NCBI GenBank assembly: GCA_965195285.1
Contig: CBDAFS010000040.1
Span: 1 to 64,000, forward strand
Source of the DNA: an uncultured Aminicenantes bacterium
GTDB lineage: Bacteria; Acidobacteriota; Aminicenantia; UBA2199
DNA: 64,000 nucleotides
Direction: 5' to 3'
The position numbers and the translations under genes were made by a program. The notes beneath the pieces were generated by a model. The model saw only the letters and a program-made list of their open reading frames with translations. It had not been told where the DNA came from and did not search any database. Of the stretch, positions 29,819 to 37,809 are shown piece by piece; the first letter of the stretch is position 1; each line of letters starts with the position of its first letter.

Positions 29819-30877
29819 TTACCTGCGCCTTTTCAAAATATTGTATCCGGAATGGGAATGAACATGCCCACCCAACATATGGATTTGCCATAAATCCTGA
29901 CTCTTCACGTGCAGAAACGGGGCCAGTATCCGTTTTCCGGTTTTACCGATATTCAGTTCAAGTTGCTTCAATTCCATGAGTTTATTTTTTACTGCATCAT
30001 CCTGAGCCACTTTGAAACCGGCCTCATGCATCAACAGCGTACCTTTTGCCTTCAGGGCCAGTTCCACTGAAATCTGCAGATAACACAGCATATCTGCCAG
30101 AACCTCTCCGGGCACCCGGTTTTTCAGGGAAACCAGATATTGACCGATCCTGGATTCCAGTACTGCCCCGGACCGGATCATCTGAAGTAATTCCACATCA
30201 GATACGAAACCCACATCCAGCCACTTCTGGAGCAACTTTTCGCTGCGTTCAAAGACAATAATGAGGGCCAGCGGCAGAATGATTAAAATCACTACGGTCG
30301 AGAGCAATGGGTTAAGCAAAAAATGGTTGAAAACAGAATGGATGGCCATGGCCATTCCCAGCCCGGGTAAGTAGTGATAGAGTTTTTCCACCTGTCGACG
30401 TTCTATAAAATTTTTAGAAAAAATCCCCACGATTGCAGTCGTTCCACCATGCATAATGGCTGTGCCGAATCCCCGTATGATCCAGAGCAAAAGATTGGGA
30501 TCTCCCAGGGTATAGAGATAATGAATGTTTTCAACTGCTGCAAATCCGGCACCAATGGAAAACCCAAAGATCGCTGCATCGACCATAAATCCAATTCGCT
30601 TGGTCTTGAGCAAATAAATTAGGTAAAGTGCTTTAAAAAATTCTTCCAGAACGGGCGCCAGATAACGACTGAATTGAAGCAGGCTGATTTGAAATGTCCT
30701 CAACAGGAATCCGTTCAAAATCAGGCAAAAAACCGCAACCAGGCCGCCCACTCCAATGGCCACCAATACGGAACGTAATTTCAACAGTTTGTAACTGTCC
30801 AGAAAAATCAGGGTAATCAAAAAGGCAAAAACCGGTAATAAACTGACAATAACCTTCACCACTACCAGCATGGTCAC
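29819..30877 (-). CDS. PrsW-family intramembrane glutamic/metalloprotease with a C-terminal soluble extension
   Basis: About 7 TMs; LEEFFK (EExxK), GFAAVEN, AIMHG and AIHSVFN motifs. Confidence 0.85.
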   Translation of the reverse strand: MTMLVVVKVIVSLLPVFAFLITLIFLDSYKLLKLRSVLVAIGVGGLVAVFCLILNGFLLRTFQISLLQFSRYLAPVLEEFFKALYLIYLLKTKRIGFMVDAAIFGFSIGAGFAAVENIHYLYTLGDPNLLLWIIRGFGTAIMHGGTTAIVGIFSKNFIERRQVEKLYHYLPGLGMAMAIHSVFNHFLLNPLLSTVVILIILPLALIIVFERSEKLLQKWLDVGFVSDVELLQMIRSGAVLESRIGQYLVSLKNRVPGEVLADMLCYLQISVELALKAKGTLLMHEAGFKVAQDDAVKNKLMELKQLELNIGKTGKRILAPFLHVKSQDLWQIHMLGGHVHSHSGYNILKRRR

Positions 30878-30884
30878 TGGCTTG

Positions 30885-33857
30885 TTAAAGAATTTTCAAC
30901 GATATCATCCACTCATCCGTATCATCCTGATCCGCTTCAAAAGCCCGGGCATAACCCAGGGAAAGGGTGATCTGATGATTTGATAGAATCATGAAACGAA
31001 TATCAATTTGAAGACCGATATCCAGCAATTCCCTCCGATAAGCTTCATCATCCATGTTGGTCACTAAAGCGGTTGAAAAGACTGAAATAGAAGCCCAGTT
31101 GGTATAAAAGGATGAAAAACCCAGCCGCCTGAACAAGATGGGTGGAAGCGTCCATTCCAACATCAATTTGCCATAGTTGGTTCCCCCGACTCCATTCAGG
31201 TCAATACCCGGGAAACTGTAATATTTTCGGTACCGGCTGAAATCCTGGTGGTCAATCCAGTTGTTGCCAAAACCTCCGAAATAAAAATTGGCAAACGATT
31301 CTTCCCGATCCCCCCAGGCATAACCCAGGGAACCCCGAAGCCAGATAGCCGAATGGTGAAGGGGCAGGGGAAAACCCAGATCGAGATTGGTATATACCCG
31401 GGGGAAAAATTGACTATCGGCATAAAAAGCGGTCAGGTAGGTTTCCCATAAAAAACCCTTTTCATAATCCACTGCTCCCAGGGATGCTCTTAAATTTTTG
31501 TAATTGAGATTTAAGCTCAAGTAATAGAAATCAGTGAAAGTGGTTTCAACATTCTGAAATTGGGGCATCTCTTCCAGCCCGAAATAACCGGCCAGTTTAA
31601 CCCCCAGGTCCAAAATTCTGGGTTCATCAAATATCAGACTTTTTTGATACAGCAATTCTATTGAATCTCCCTTACGGCTGGTTTTGGTAGGGCCGAACAG
31701 ATCATAGAAATCAGCTTTGTTATGGGAGGCACTTAATTTCCAGTTGGAAATCCCCAGATTGAGACCGAGATGCCATCGTTCATACTGAGTAAGATCAGCA
31801 TCCGGAGTGTAAGAGACGGTAAAATCCAGGGTATTCAGGGGAATAGAGTCAGAGAGATTGAAACGGACACCATAGGCCAGGTAATTCTTGTACCCTTCAA
31901 CAACCGGGTATACAGATCTGAATTTAAAGTCCTTCAGAATATGGTATTTGCCTCTATAGGTAGTGCAGGACTCCAGGTCTACAATTGAAGGTGCTGGCGC
32001 CTGCCAATCCTTGAGCTGAGGATGGTTGTCCAAAACGGTTTGGCCCAGAAATTGAATGGATTTTACGGTTTCAAGGGGTTTGTTTTCAATGATAACCGGG
32101 ATAAAGCCGCTCGATGTGTAGCGAAAAGCCAGCACCGATTCATCTGAAATCGGGACCGGCCTGAACAAACCGGTTTCACAATTACTGATAATGTGAATAT
32201 CATCTTTATCCAGATCATAACGGTAAATATTGGACACTCCAGAATAGTAAGAGGAACCCCAAAGATGTTTTCCGTCCGGGGAAAAAACAAAATTGGCCGG
32301 GGAAAAATTTCCAAAATCGTAAAGCGTTTCATATTCAGGTTCTCCGTCCATCATGGTTTGGGTATCCATTTTAATCAATAACTGTTTTCCGGTCACACTG
32401 GTAAGCGCTCCGATGATCTTTTTTCCGTCCGGCGAGATATCAATATCATAAAGATCAACCCCATAAGGCCAGGAAAACATCTGATTCCACTCCCGATAGG
32501 GATAGGGAATTCGCACCAGGGTTGAGATGCCCAGATAATGCCGAACCCCCCAGAGGGATCGATCGGCCCGATTAAAGGCCAGATCGCCCACCCGGCAATC
32601 TTTCATCAGTATGGTTGACCGCTTGCTTTTCAGATCTACTTTTTTCAAATCACGCCAGTAGCTATTATCAGTGGTATAGAAAAGAGTGGCTGAATCAGGA
32701 TCATAGGCCAGTGAGGTCACAAAGAAGAGGTCCGGCCCCTTGAGGTTACAAATCGTCTTCATTTTCCCTGAACGAATATTCATGGCAGCTATATGGGCCA
32801 CCTGGCCCGGGTAGTTCACCCCAACATAGATTTTCTCCTCCCGGGTATCATAAAATGCCCTGGATACATACCCCAAGCGCTTTTCGGTAATCACCTTCTG
32901 AGAAGAGTAGGGGACCTGTCCAAGCCGTTGCAGGTTTTCTAACTGATATTGCTTTTCCCACTGGATCCATTCCGACCAGGCTTCATTCAGGGATAAACCA
33001 TAGGTTTTTTTAAACTGTTTGGAAAAGTAGGCCTTGCTATCCCTTGATCGTGAAACCCATTTGATGACACTTTCGGGACCATAGCGGTTGGCCAGGTAAC
33101 TGAAAAACCGGGTGCCGTACAGATAGGCATTCACACCCACCTGAAAATTCTTCTTGGTGGCTTCGGACTGTAATCCCACCTGGTCATGCAAATCCACCTG
33201 CTCATGAATCAAGCTTCTAAAGGCCATTTCATCGTAGGCTCCCAGCGCCCTCCCCAATCCGCCGGTCATCCAGGTCTCCATGAATACCGCAATCCCTTCG
33301 TGAAACCATCTGGGGGCAAAATCCCGTGGTGAAGTTAAATAACCGTACAATAATGACAAAGGATTATCGGCTGTGGGTGCCACTTTTCCAAAAAATATTT
33401 TTCGATAAAATTTGTCCGATTTGGTGGCCTGATCGCTGGCCAGCACATGAACCAGTTCATGATTCATCATCCAATTCATCCGTTCGTTTCCCAGTATGAT
33501 CTCAAAAACATAATTAAAAGGGGCAATGGACACAAACATCCGGTTGTTGGGTACAGCTGAGGTTCCGGCATTACCAAAATCAGAAAAATCATGAAGAACA
33601 ACCGTAATTTTTTCCGTGGGTTTGTAATCAAAGATTTTCATATGCTGGGCCAGTGAATTCTCAAAACATCGGGCCACATGGGATACCAAATAGGCATGGG
33701 CTTCCCCGAAATAGATCAAGCGAAGGTTTTTTGTTTCAATGGATTGAAAACGGGAGTAAACAGGATGGCTAATAAAAAAAATCGAAAGAAAAATAAATAT
33801 AATCAAAACGCTGATTTTTTTAATTTTCTCCTCCTCTTTAGAAAAGCACAATACCAT
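30885..33857 (-). CDS. Secreted/outer-membrane protein: gluzincin-type Zn peptidase, TolB-like beta-propeller and probable C-terminal beta-barrel
   Basis: Signal peptide; NHELVH plus PRWFHEGIA; two SPDGK propeller motifs; alternating beta-strands at the C-terminus. Real start may be ATT 33824. Confidence 0.7.
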   Translation of the reverse strand: MVLCFSKEEEKIKKISVLIIFIFLSIFFISHPVYSRFQSIETKNLRLIYFGEAHAYLVSHVARCFENSLAQHMKIFDYKPTEKITVVLHDFSDFGNAGTSAVPNNRMFVSIAPFNYVFEIILGNERMNWMMNHELVHVLASDQATKSDKFYRKIFFGKVAPTADNPLSLLYGYLTSPRDFAPRWFHEGIAVFMETWMTGGLGRALGAYDEMAFRSLIHEQVDLHDQVGLQSEATKKNFQVGVNAYLYGTRFFSYLANRYGPESVIKWVSRSRDSKAYFSKQFKKTYGLSLNEAWSEWIQWEKQYQLENLQRLGQVPYSSQKVITEKRLGYVSRAFYDTREEKIYVGVNYPGQVAHIAAMNIRSGKMKTICNLKGPDLFFVTSLAYDPDSATLFYTTDNSYWRDLKKVDLKSKRSTILMKDCRVGDLAFNRADRSLWGVRHYLGISTLVRIPYPYREWNQMFSWPYGVDLYDIDISPDGKKIIGALTSVTGKQLLIKMDTQTMMDGEPEYETLYDFGNFSPANFVFSPDGKHLWGSSYYSGVSNIYRYDLDKDDIHIISNCETGLFRPVPISDESVLAFRYTSSGFIPVIIENKPLETVKSIQFLGQTVLDNHPQLKDWQAPAPSIVDLESCTTYRGKYHILKDFKFRSVYPVVEGYKNYLAYGVRFNLSDSIPLNTLDFTVSYTPDADLTQYERWHLGLNLGISNWKLSASHNKADFYDLFGPTKTSRKGDSIELLYQKSLIFDEPRILDLGVKLAGYFGLEEMPQFQNVETTFTDFYYLSLNLNYKNLRASLGAVDYEKGFLWETYLTAFYADSQFFPRVYTNLDLGFPLPLHHSAIWLRGSLGYAWGDREESFANFYFGGFGNNWIDHQDFSRYRKYYSFPGIDLNGVGGTNYGKLMLEWTLPPILFRRLGFSSFYTNWASISVFSTALVTNMDDEAYRRELLDIGLQIDIRFMILSNHQITLSLGYARAFEADQDDTDEWMISLKIL

Positions 33858-33889
33858 TTCCTCCCCAGTTGGGGAGAAAATGGTATTGT
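33848..33889 (-). terminator. 19-bp stem-loop between the repeat gene and the OM-protein gene (terminator, attenuator or mRNA stabiliser)
   Basis: mRNA ACAAUACCAUUUUCUCCCC-AACU-GGGGAGGAAAUGGUAUUGU (one G-U pair), followed by GCUUUUCU. Confidence 0.75.
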
Positions 33890-33903
33890 ATCGATTGATC
33901 GTT

Positions 33904-36243
33904 TTATTTGATCAGTGCTTCTCTGGACAGTGCTTTTCTGAAACTGTCGTGACTGATGGCCCTTCTGAATGAATCCTGGGAGATGGCCTTGAGAAAAGGC
34001 TCGCTGAACAGGGCCCGTCTCAAAACCTCATGTGACATGGCCTTTCGCATGGATTCACTGAAAAATGCCCTTCTGAGCGGCTCCCTGGACAGGGCACTCC
34101 GCATGGTATCACTGAAAAATGCCTCTCTCAAAACTCCACTGGACAAAGCATTTCTCATGGTTTCACTGAAGAAAGCCTGACGTAAAATCCCATTGCCAAT
34201 GGCTTTCCTGAAAGTCTCACTGGACAAAGCTCTGAGCAGTGTTTTATTCTCAAATGCTTTCCTTAAACCGGCATCCCGGGAGATGGCCTTCAAGAATTGA
34301 CCGTCTCCGGCTATGGCCTTTCGGAACACTTCATGATCGGCAACCGCTTTCACAAAAGCTTGATTCGAGAATGCTTTTCTCAGCGGTTCACTGAAGAGTG
34401 CTCTTTTCAGGGGTTGGTCCATCAGGGCTTTGCGAAAAGCCTCCTGGTTCAGCGCTCTCATAAAGGGCCCCGAAAACATGGCTTTTCTCATTGCCTGGTC
34501 GCCGATAGCCTTTCTAAATGATTCTCCAAACAGGATATTCCGCATGGATTCCATTTCAATTGCCCGGCGGAAAGACTTACAGGCCAGTGCCCGGAGTAAG
34601 GTTTTATTGCCCAGAGCCCGGCGTAAGGTTTCATCGCTTCCCATGGCCCGGATCAATCCGTCATGTTTGGATATGGCTTTTCTCAGGGCAACCTCACTGG
34701 TCAGGGCCCGGCGGAAAACATCACTGTTAAAGGCTTTGGCCAAGGTCTCGCTGAAAAAGGCTTTATGTAAAGCCTCATCCGCAAATGCCTTTCGACAGGC
34801 TTCACCAAACAGAGCTTTTCTTAAGGGTTGATCAGCCATTGCCCTTCTCATGGGTTGGCTGCACAGGGCTTTCAGCATGACCTCATTATTCAGGGCTTTG
34901 CGCAAGGCCGGATCATTGGCCATGGCTTTTTGCAACCCGTCATGTCCGGAAACAAAATTCCGCAATGCATTCTGATTACCCAGTGCTTTGCGGAAAGATG
35001 CATCCATCATGGCCTTTTTCAAGGGCTCTCCGAATAGGGCTTTTCTTAAATTTTCTCTGGCCAGTGCTTCCTTGAAAGGTCCGTGAAAAAGGGCTTTTCT
35101 GAATTCATCCGCTTCCAGAGCCCTACGCAGGCTTTCATGGGAAAATGCCTTGAGAAAGATTTCGCTATTGACAGCCTTCGTGAGATTATCATCCCTGACC
35201 ATGGCCTTTTTCAAGACCTCATTTAAAGCAATGGCCTTACGAAATGCCTCACGACCGGACATGGCCTTACGAAATGCCTCTCCTGATAAGGCCTCTCTGA
35301 CCGGCTTACTGAAAATGGCTTTACGTAACACATCATCAGCCATGGCCCGATAAAAGGGTTCGCTGAATAAGGCCTCCCTCAATATATCATGAGACAGAGC
35401 CTTCATCAGGGTTTCATTGGAAAGGGCTTTGCGAAGGGATTCGTCATGCAAGGCCTTTCGCACGGAATGGCTGGACAACGCTTTCAATAAAACATCCTGG
35501 TCAAATGCCCGGCGCAATTCCGGGTCTTTGGAGAAAGCTTTTTGTAAGCTTTCATCACCGGAGATGGCTTTGCGCAGCGCTTCATGATTTCCCAACGCCT
35601 GGCGAAACACATCTCTTGCCAATGCTGCCTTAAGGGGTTCGCAAAAAAGGGCTTTTCTCAACACCTCATCGGACAAAGCCTGGCGGAAAGGTTCATTAAA
35701 AATGGCCTTGCGCAATTCATCATTAAAAATTGCCATGCGAAAAGACTCACTGTTCATGGCTTTGCGAAATCCCTCATCAGACATGGCCTTTCTGAAGCTG
35801 TTACTCATCATGGCCCGGCGCATACTCTTATGAGAAACGGCTCTCCGCAACGCTTCTCCAAACAGAGCCTTCCTCACCGTTTCATTTTCCATGGCCGCAA
35901 TAAAATCCTTACTGTTGATCAACGCCTGGATTTGATCATTCTGCAACAGGGTTTGAGTTTGGGAATCACTGAGAACCACATCTGCTGGACTCAGCTGATC
36001 AGCTTGATACCGTTGGGCTTGCTCCACACCACCGATTGTCGCACTGGTTTCTTGTCCATCAGGCCAGGGGAAAAAAAGTCCAAAATAGCCAATTAAAATG
36101 ATGGCTGCTACAGCGCCTCCCAATAACCACTTCCTGGTACTTGATTTACTCATTTCGTCCTCCTTAATACTGATTTTTAATTTATATTGAATCTCATCCA
36201 CCTTGCTTCGATAATACTTTTTGAGGCTTTTCTCAGGTCTCAT
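33904..36243 (-). CDS. Single-TM protein with ~72 tandem 9/10-aa amphipathic helical repeats; possible anti-sigma or exported structural subunit
   Basis: TM WLLGGAVAAIILIGYFGLFF, then a ~55-aa non-repeat segment, then (F/L/M)-R-K-A-(L/I/F/M) repeats; SD-led ATGs at both 36243 and 36153. Confidence 0.85.
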   Translation of the reverse strand: MRPEKSLKKYYRSKVDEIQYKLKISIKEDEMSKSSTRKWLLGGAVAAIILIGYFGLFFPWPDGQETSATIGGVEQAQRYQADQLSPADVVLSDSQTQTLLQNDQIQALINSKDFIAAMENETVRKALFGEALRRAVSHKSMRRAMMSNSFRKAMSDEGFRKAMNSESFRMAIFNDELRKAIFNEPFRQALSDEVLRKALFCEPLKAALARDVFRQALGNHEALRKAISGDESLQKAFSKDPELRRAFDQDVLLKALSSHSVRKALHDESLRKALSNETLMKALSHDILREALFSEPFYRAMADDVLRKAIFSKPVREALSGEAFRKAMSGREAFRKAIALNEVLKKAMVRDDNLTKAVNSEIFLKAFSHESLRRALEADEFRKALFHGPFKEALARENLRKALFGEPLKKAMMDASFRKALGNQNALRNFVSGHDGLQKAMANDPALRKALNNEVMLKALCSQPMRRAMADQPLRKALFGEACRKAFADEALHKAFFSETLAKAFNSDVFRRALTSEVALRKAISKHDGLIRAMGSDETLRRALGNKTLLRALACKSFRRAIEMESMRNILFGESFRKAIGDQAMRKAMFSGPFMRALNQEAFRKALMDQPLKRALFSEPLRKAFSNQAFVKAVADHEVFRKAIAGDGQFLKAISRDAGLRKAFENKTLLRALSSETFRKAIGNGILRQAFFSETMRNALSSGVLREAFFSDTMRSALSREPLRRAFFSESMRKAMSHEVLRRALFSEPFLKAISQDSFRRAISHDSFRKALSREALIK
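33907..35904 (-). repeat. Coding tandem repeat array, 27/30-nt period, diverged at DNA level
   Basis: Hand parse gives 57 nonamers plus 15 decamers; one exact 20-nt duplicate ATGGCCTTACGAAATGCCTC at 35231 and 35261. Confidence 0.9.
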
Positions 36244-36265
36244 GTTGAAGCTCCTTTCGATTATA

Positions 36266-36292
36266 TAGACGAGTGAATAAAAAAAATGGTGA
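36266..36292 (-). promoter_or_regulatory. Putative ECF-type promoter for the repeat-protein operon
   Basis: TCACC-16 nt-CGTCTA between the sigma stop and the SD of ATG 36243. Confidence 0.5.
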
Positions 36293-36300
36293 AAAAAAGA

Positions 36301-36864
36301 TTAAAAACTCAAATCTTTACTCAGGTTTTTTCTGATCAGGCGGACCTTGGATTTGACCGTATTGACATTGAGGTTCAAAATCCGGCTGATGTCTTTATAT
36401 CTCATGTTCTCAAAGAACCGTAAATAGGAAATCTCTCTTTCCGTCTCATCCAGCTTACTCAGACAATGATCAATTTTCTCCAGCAGATCCTGTTCGATGA
36501 CAATCTTTTCCGGTGTTCGCAAATCCAGAACTTTTTCAATTTCGATTCCACCGGTATTAATAGAATTTTCTTTTCTGCTTTTCAAAAAATCAATACAGTG
36601 ATTTCTGGCAATTCGATAAATCCAGGCTTTAAATGAATGCAAAGGATTGAAGGTGTTCAGGTTTTTATAAATTTTAATCATGACTTCCTGAAAGATATCA
36701 TCAAAGGAAGGATGATTAAAGGGGATCAGATTGGAAATATAAAAACCAATTTTCTGATGGTAATGATACCAAATGAACTGAAATAATTTAGATTTTTCCT
36801 TTTCTCCGAAAGAAGAGCCGATGAAGACATAAAATCGTTCATAAAACTCTTGAACTTTATCCAT
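36301..36864 (-). CDS. ECF RNA polymerase sigma factor
   Basis: DDIFQEVMIK, FKAWIYRIARNHCID, YKDISRIL...NTVKSKV. Confidence 0.9.
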   Translation of the reverse strand: MDKVQEFYERFYVFIGSSFGEKEKSKLFQFIWYHYHQKIGFYISNLIPFNHPSFDDIFQEVMIKIYKNLNTFNPLHSFKAWIYRIARNHCIDFLKSRKENSINTGGIEIEKVLDLRTPEKIVIEQDLLEKIDHCLSKLDETEREISYLRFFENMRYKDISRILNLNVNTVKSKVRLIRKNLSKDLSF

Positions 36865-37027
36865 GAAGGTTTAGGTTAGAATTGAGTGAAAGGAATCCTG
36901 GTTTCCCACCTTTTTCATCCTCTCAGACATCTTGCCTGTTAGAAACTATAATCATTGGCAAAAAAAAAGTCAAGCTTTTCATATTAATTATTTATTCGAC
37001 TTTTGCTATAATGACATTGTCATTTAT

Positions 37028-37444
37028 ATGCAGGTAAAAAAAAGTATAAAACTGAAAAACAGTTTTTCAGAAATAAAAAAACTGAATGAATTTCTCAGGA
37101 AATTTCTTCAGCATCATTCCCTTAACATTCTCAACCATCAGGACATTCAGCTTTCTCTGGAAGAGATATTTAACAATATTTTATTATATGCCTATCAAGA
37201 CAGGCAGATCCATGAAATCAGCTTTCAATTCAATTTGGAAAACAAGGTCTTGTGGATTTGCATTGAAGATGATGGCATTCCTTTCAATCTGCTCAAGGTA
37301 AAGGAACCCGAATTAACCACACCTCTTCAGGAACGACAGGTGGGAGGTTTGGGTATTCATTTGATTCGGTCTTTAATGGATGAGATCTCTTATCAAAGAA
37401 AAAACAATAAAAATATATTAATCATAAAAAAAGATATAAATTGA
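37028..37444 (+). CDS. Anti-sigma factor/serine kinase (RsbW-like HATPase)
   Basis: LEEIFNNILLYAY, EDDGIPF, GGLGIHLI; start moved to MQVKK. Confidence 0.88.
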   Translation: MQVKKSIKLKNSFSEIKKLNEFLRKFLQHHSLNILNHQDIQLSLEEIFNNILLYAYQDRQIHEISFQFNLENKVLWICIEDDGIPFNLLKVKEPELTTPLQERQVGGLGIHLIRSLMDEISYQRKNNKNILIIKKDIN

Positions 37445-37459
37445 TAAAATGGGGGTAAT

Positions 37460-37798
37460 ATGCAAATAAAAGAAGAAAAAATCGGGTCAGTACTTGTATT
37501 ATCTGTTTCCGGCAGAGTGGAAATGCTCACCTCACCCCAGCTGAAAGAAAATATTGTCAACCACATCAATATCGGAGAACATCAGCTGCTATTCGATCTC
37601 TCCGAGCTTGATTACATCAGCAGCCCGGGCCTGGGTATACTGCTGTATGCAGCCAAATTACTACAGGAAAAAAAGGGAAAAATGGACTTATGCGCTTTGA
37701 AACCCCATATTTTTGAAGTTTTTAAAATCTGCGGTTTTGACAAGGTTCTCCCCATTTTTCAGACCCGGGAGGAAGCCCTCAAGGCATTTGACCGGTAA
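37460..37798 (+). CDS. STAS-domain anti-sigma factor antagonist
   Basis: FDLSELDYISSPGLG; follows the RsbW-like gene. Confidence 0.9.
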   Translation: MQIKEEKIGSVLVLSVSGRVEMLTSPQLKENIVNHINIGEHQLLFDLSELDYISSPGLGILLYAAKLLQEKKGKMDLCALKPHIFEVFKICGFDKVLPIFQTREEALKAFDR

Positions 37799-37809
37799 CA
37801 GGGTGGCGG

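Noticed and set aside
29700-29891. 63-aa ORF bridging prsW and the PP2C gene, as a possible frameshift fusion
   Set aside because: The gap holds a good TTGACA-17-TATAAA promoter, both flanking genes look complete, and I see no convincing recoding signal.
33907-35904. Periodic 27-30 nt DNA repeats as a CRISPR array or DGR template
   Set aside because: Units are degenerate at synonymous positions, keep one open frame and have no constant repeat/unique spacer structure. No cas or reverse transcriptase gene is in the window.
33956-36096. Several plus-strand ORFs with repetitive translations
   Set aside because: They are antisense shadows of the repeat gene and lack SD sequences or independent motifs.
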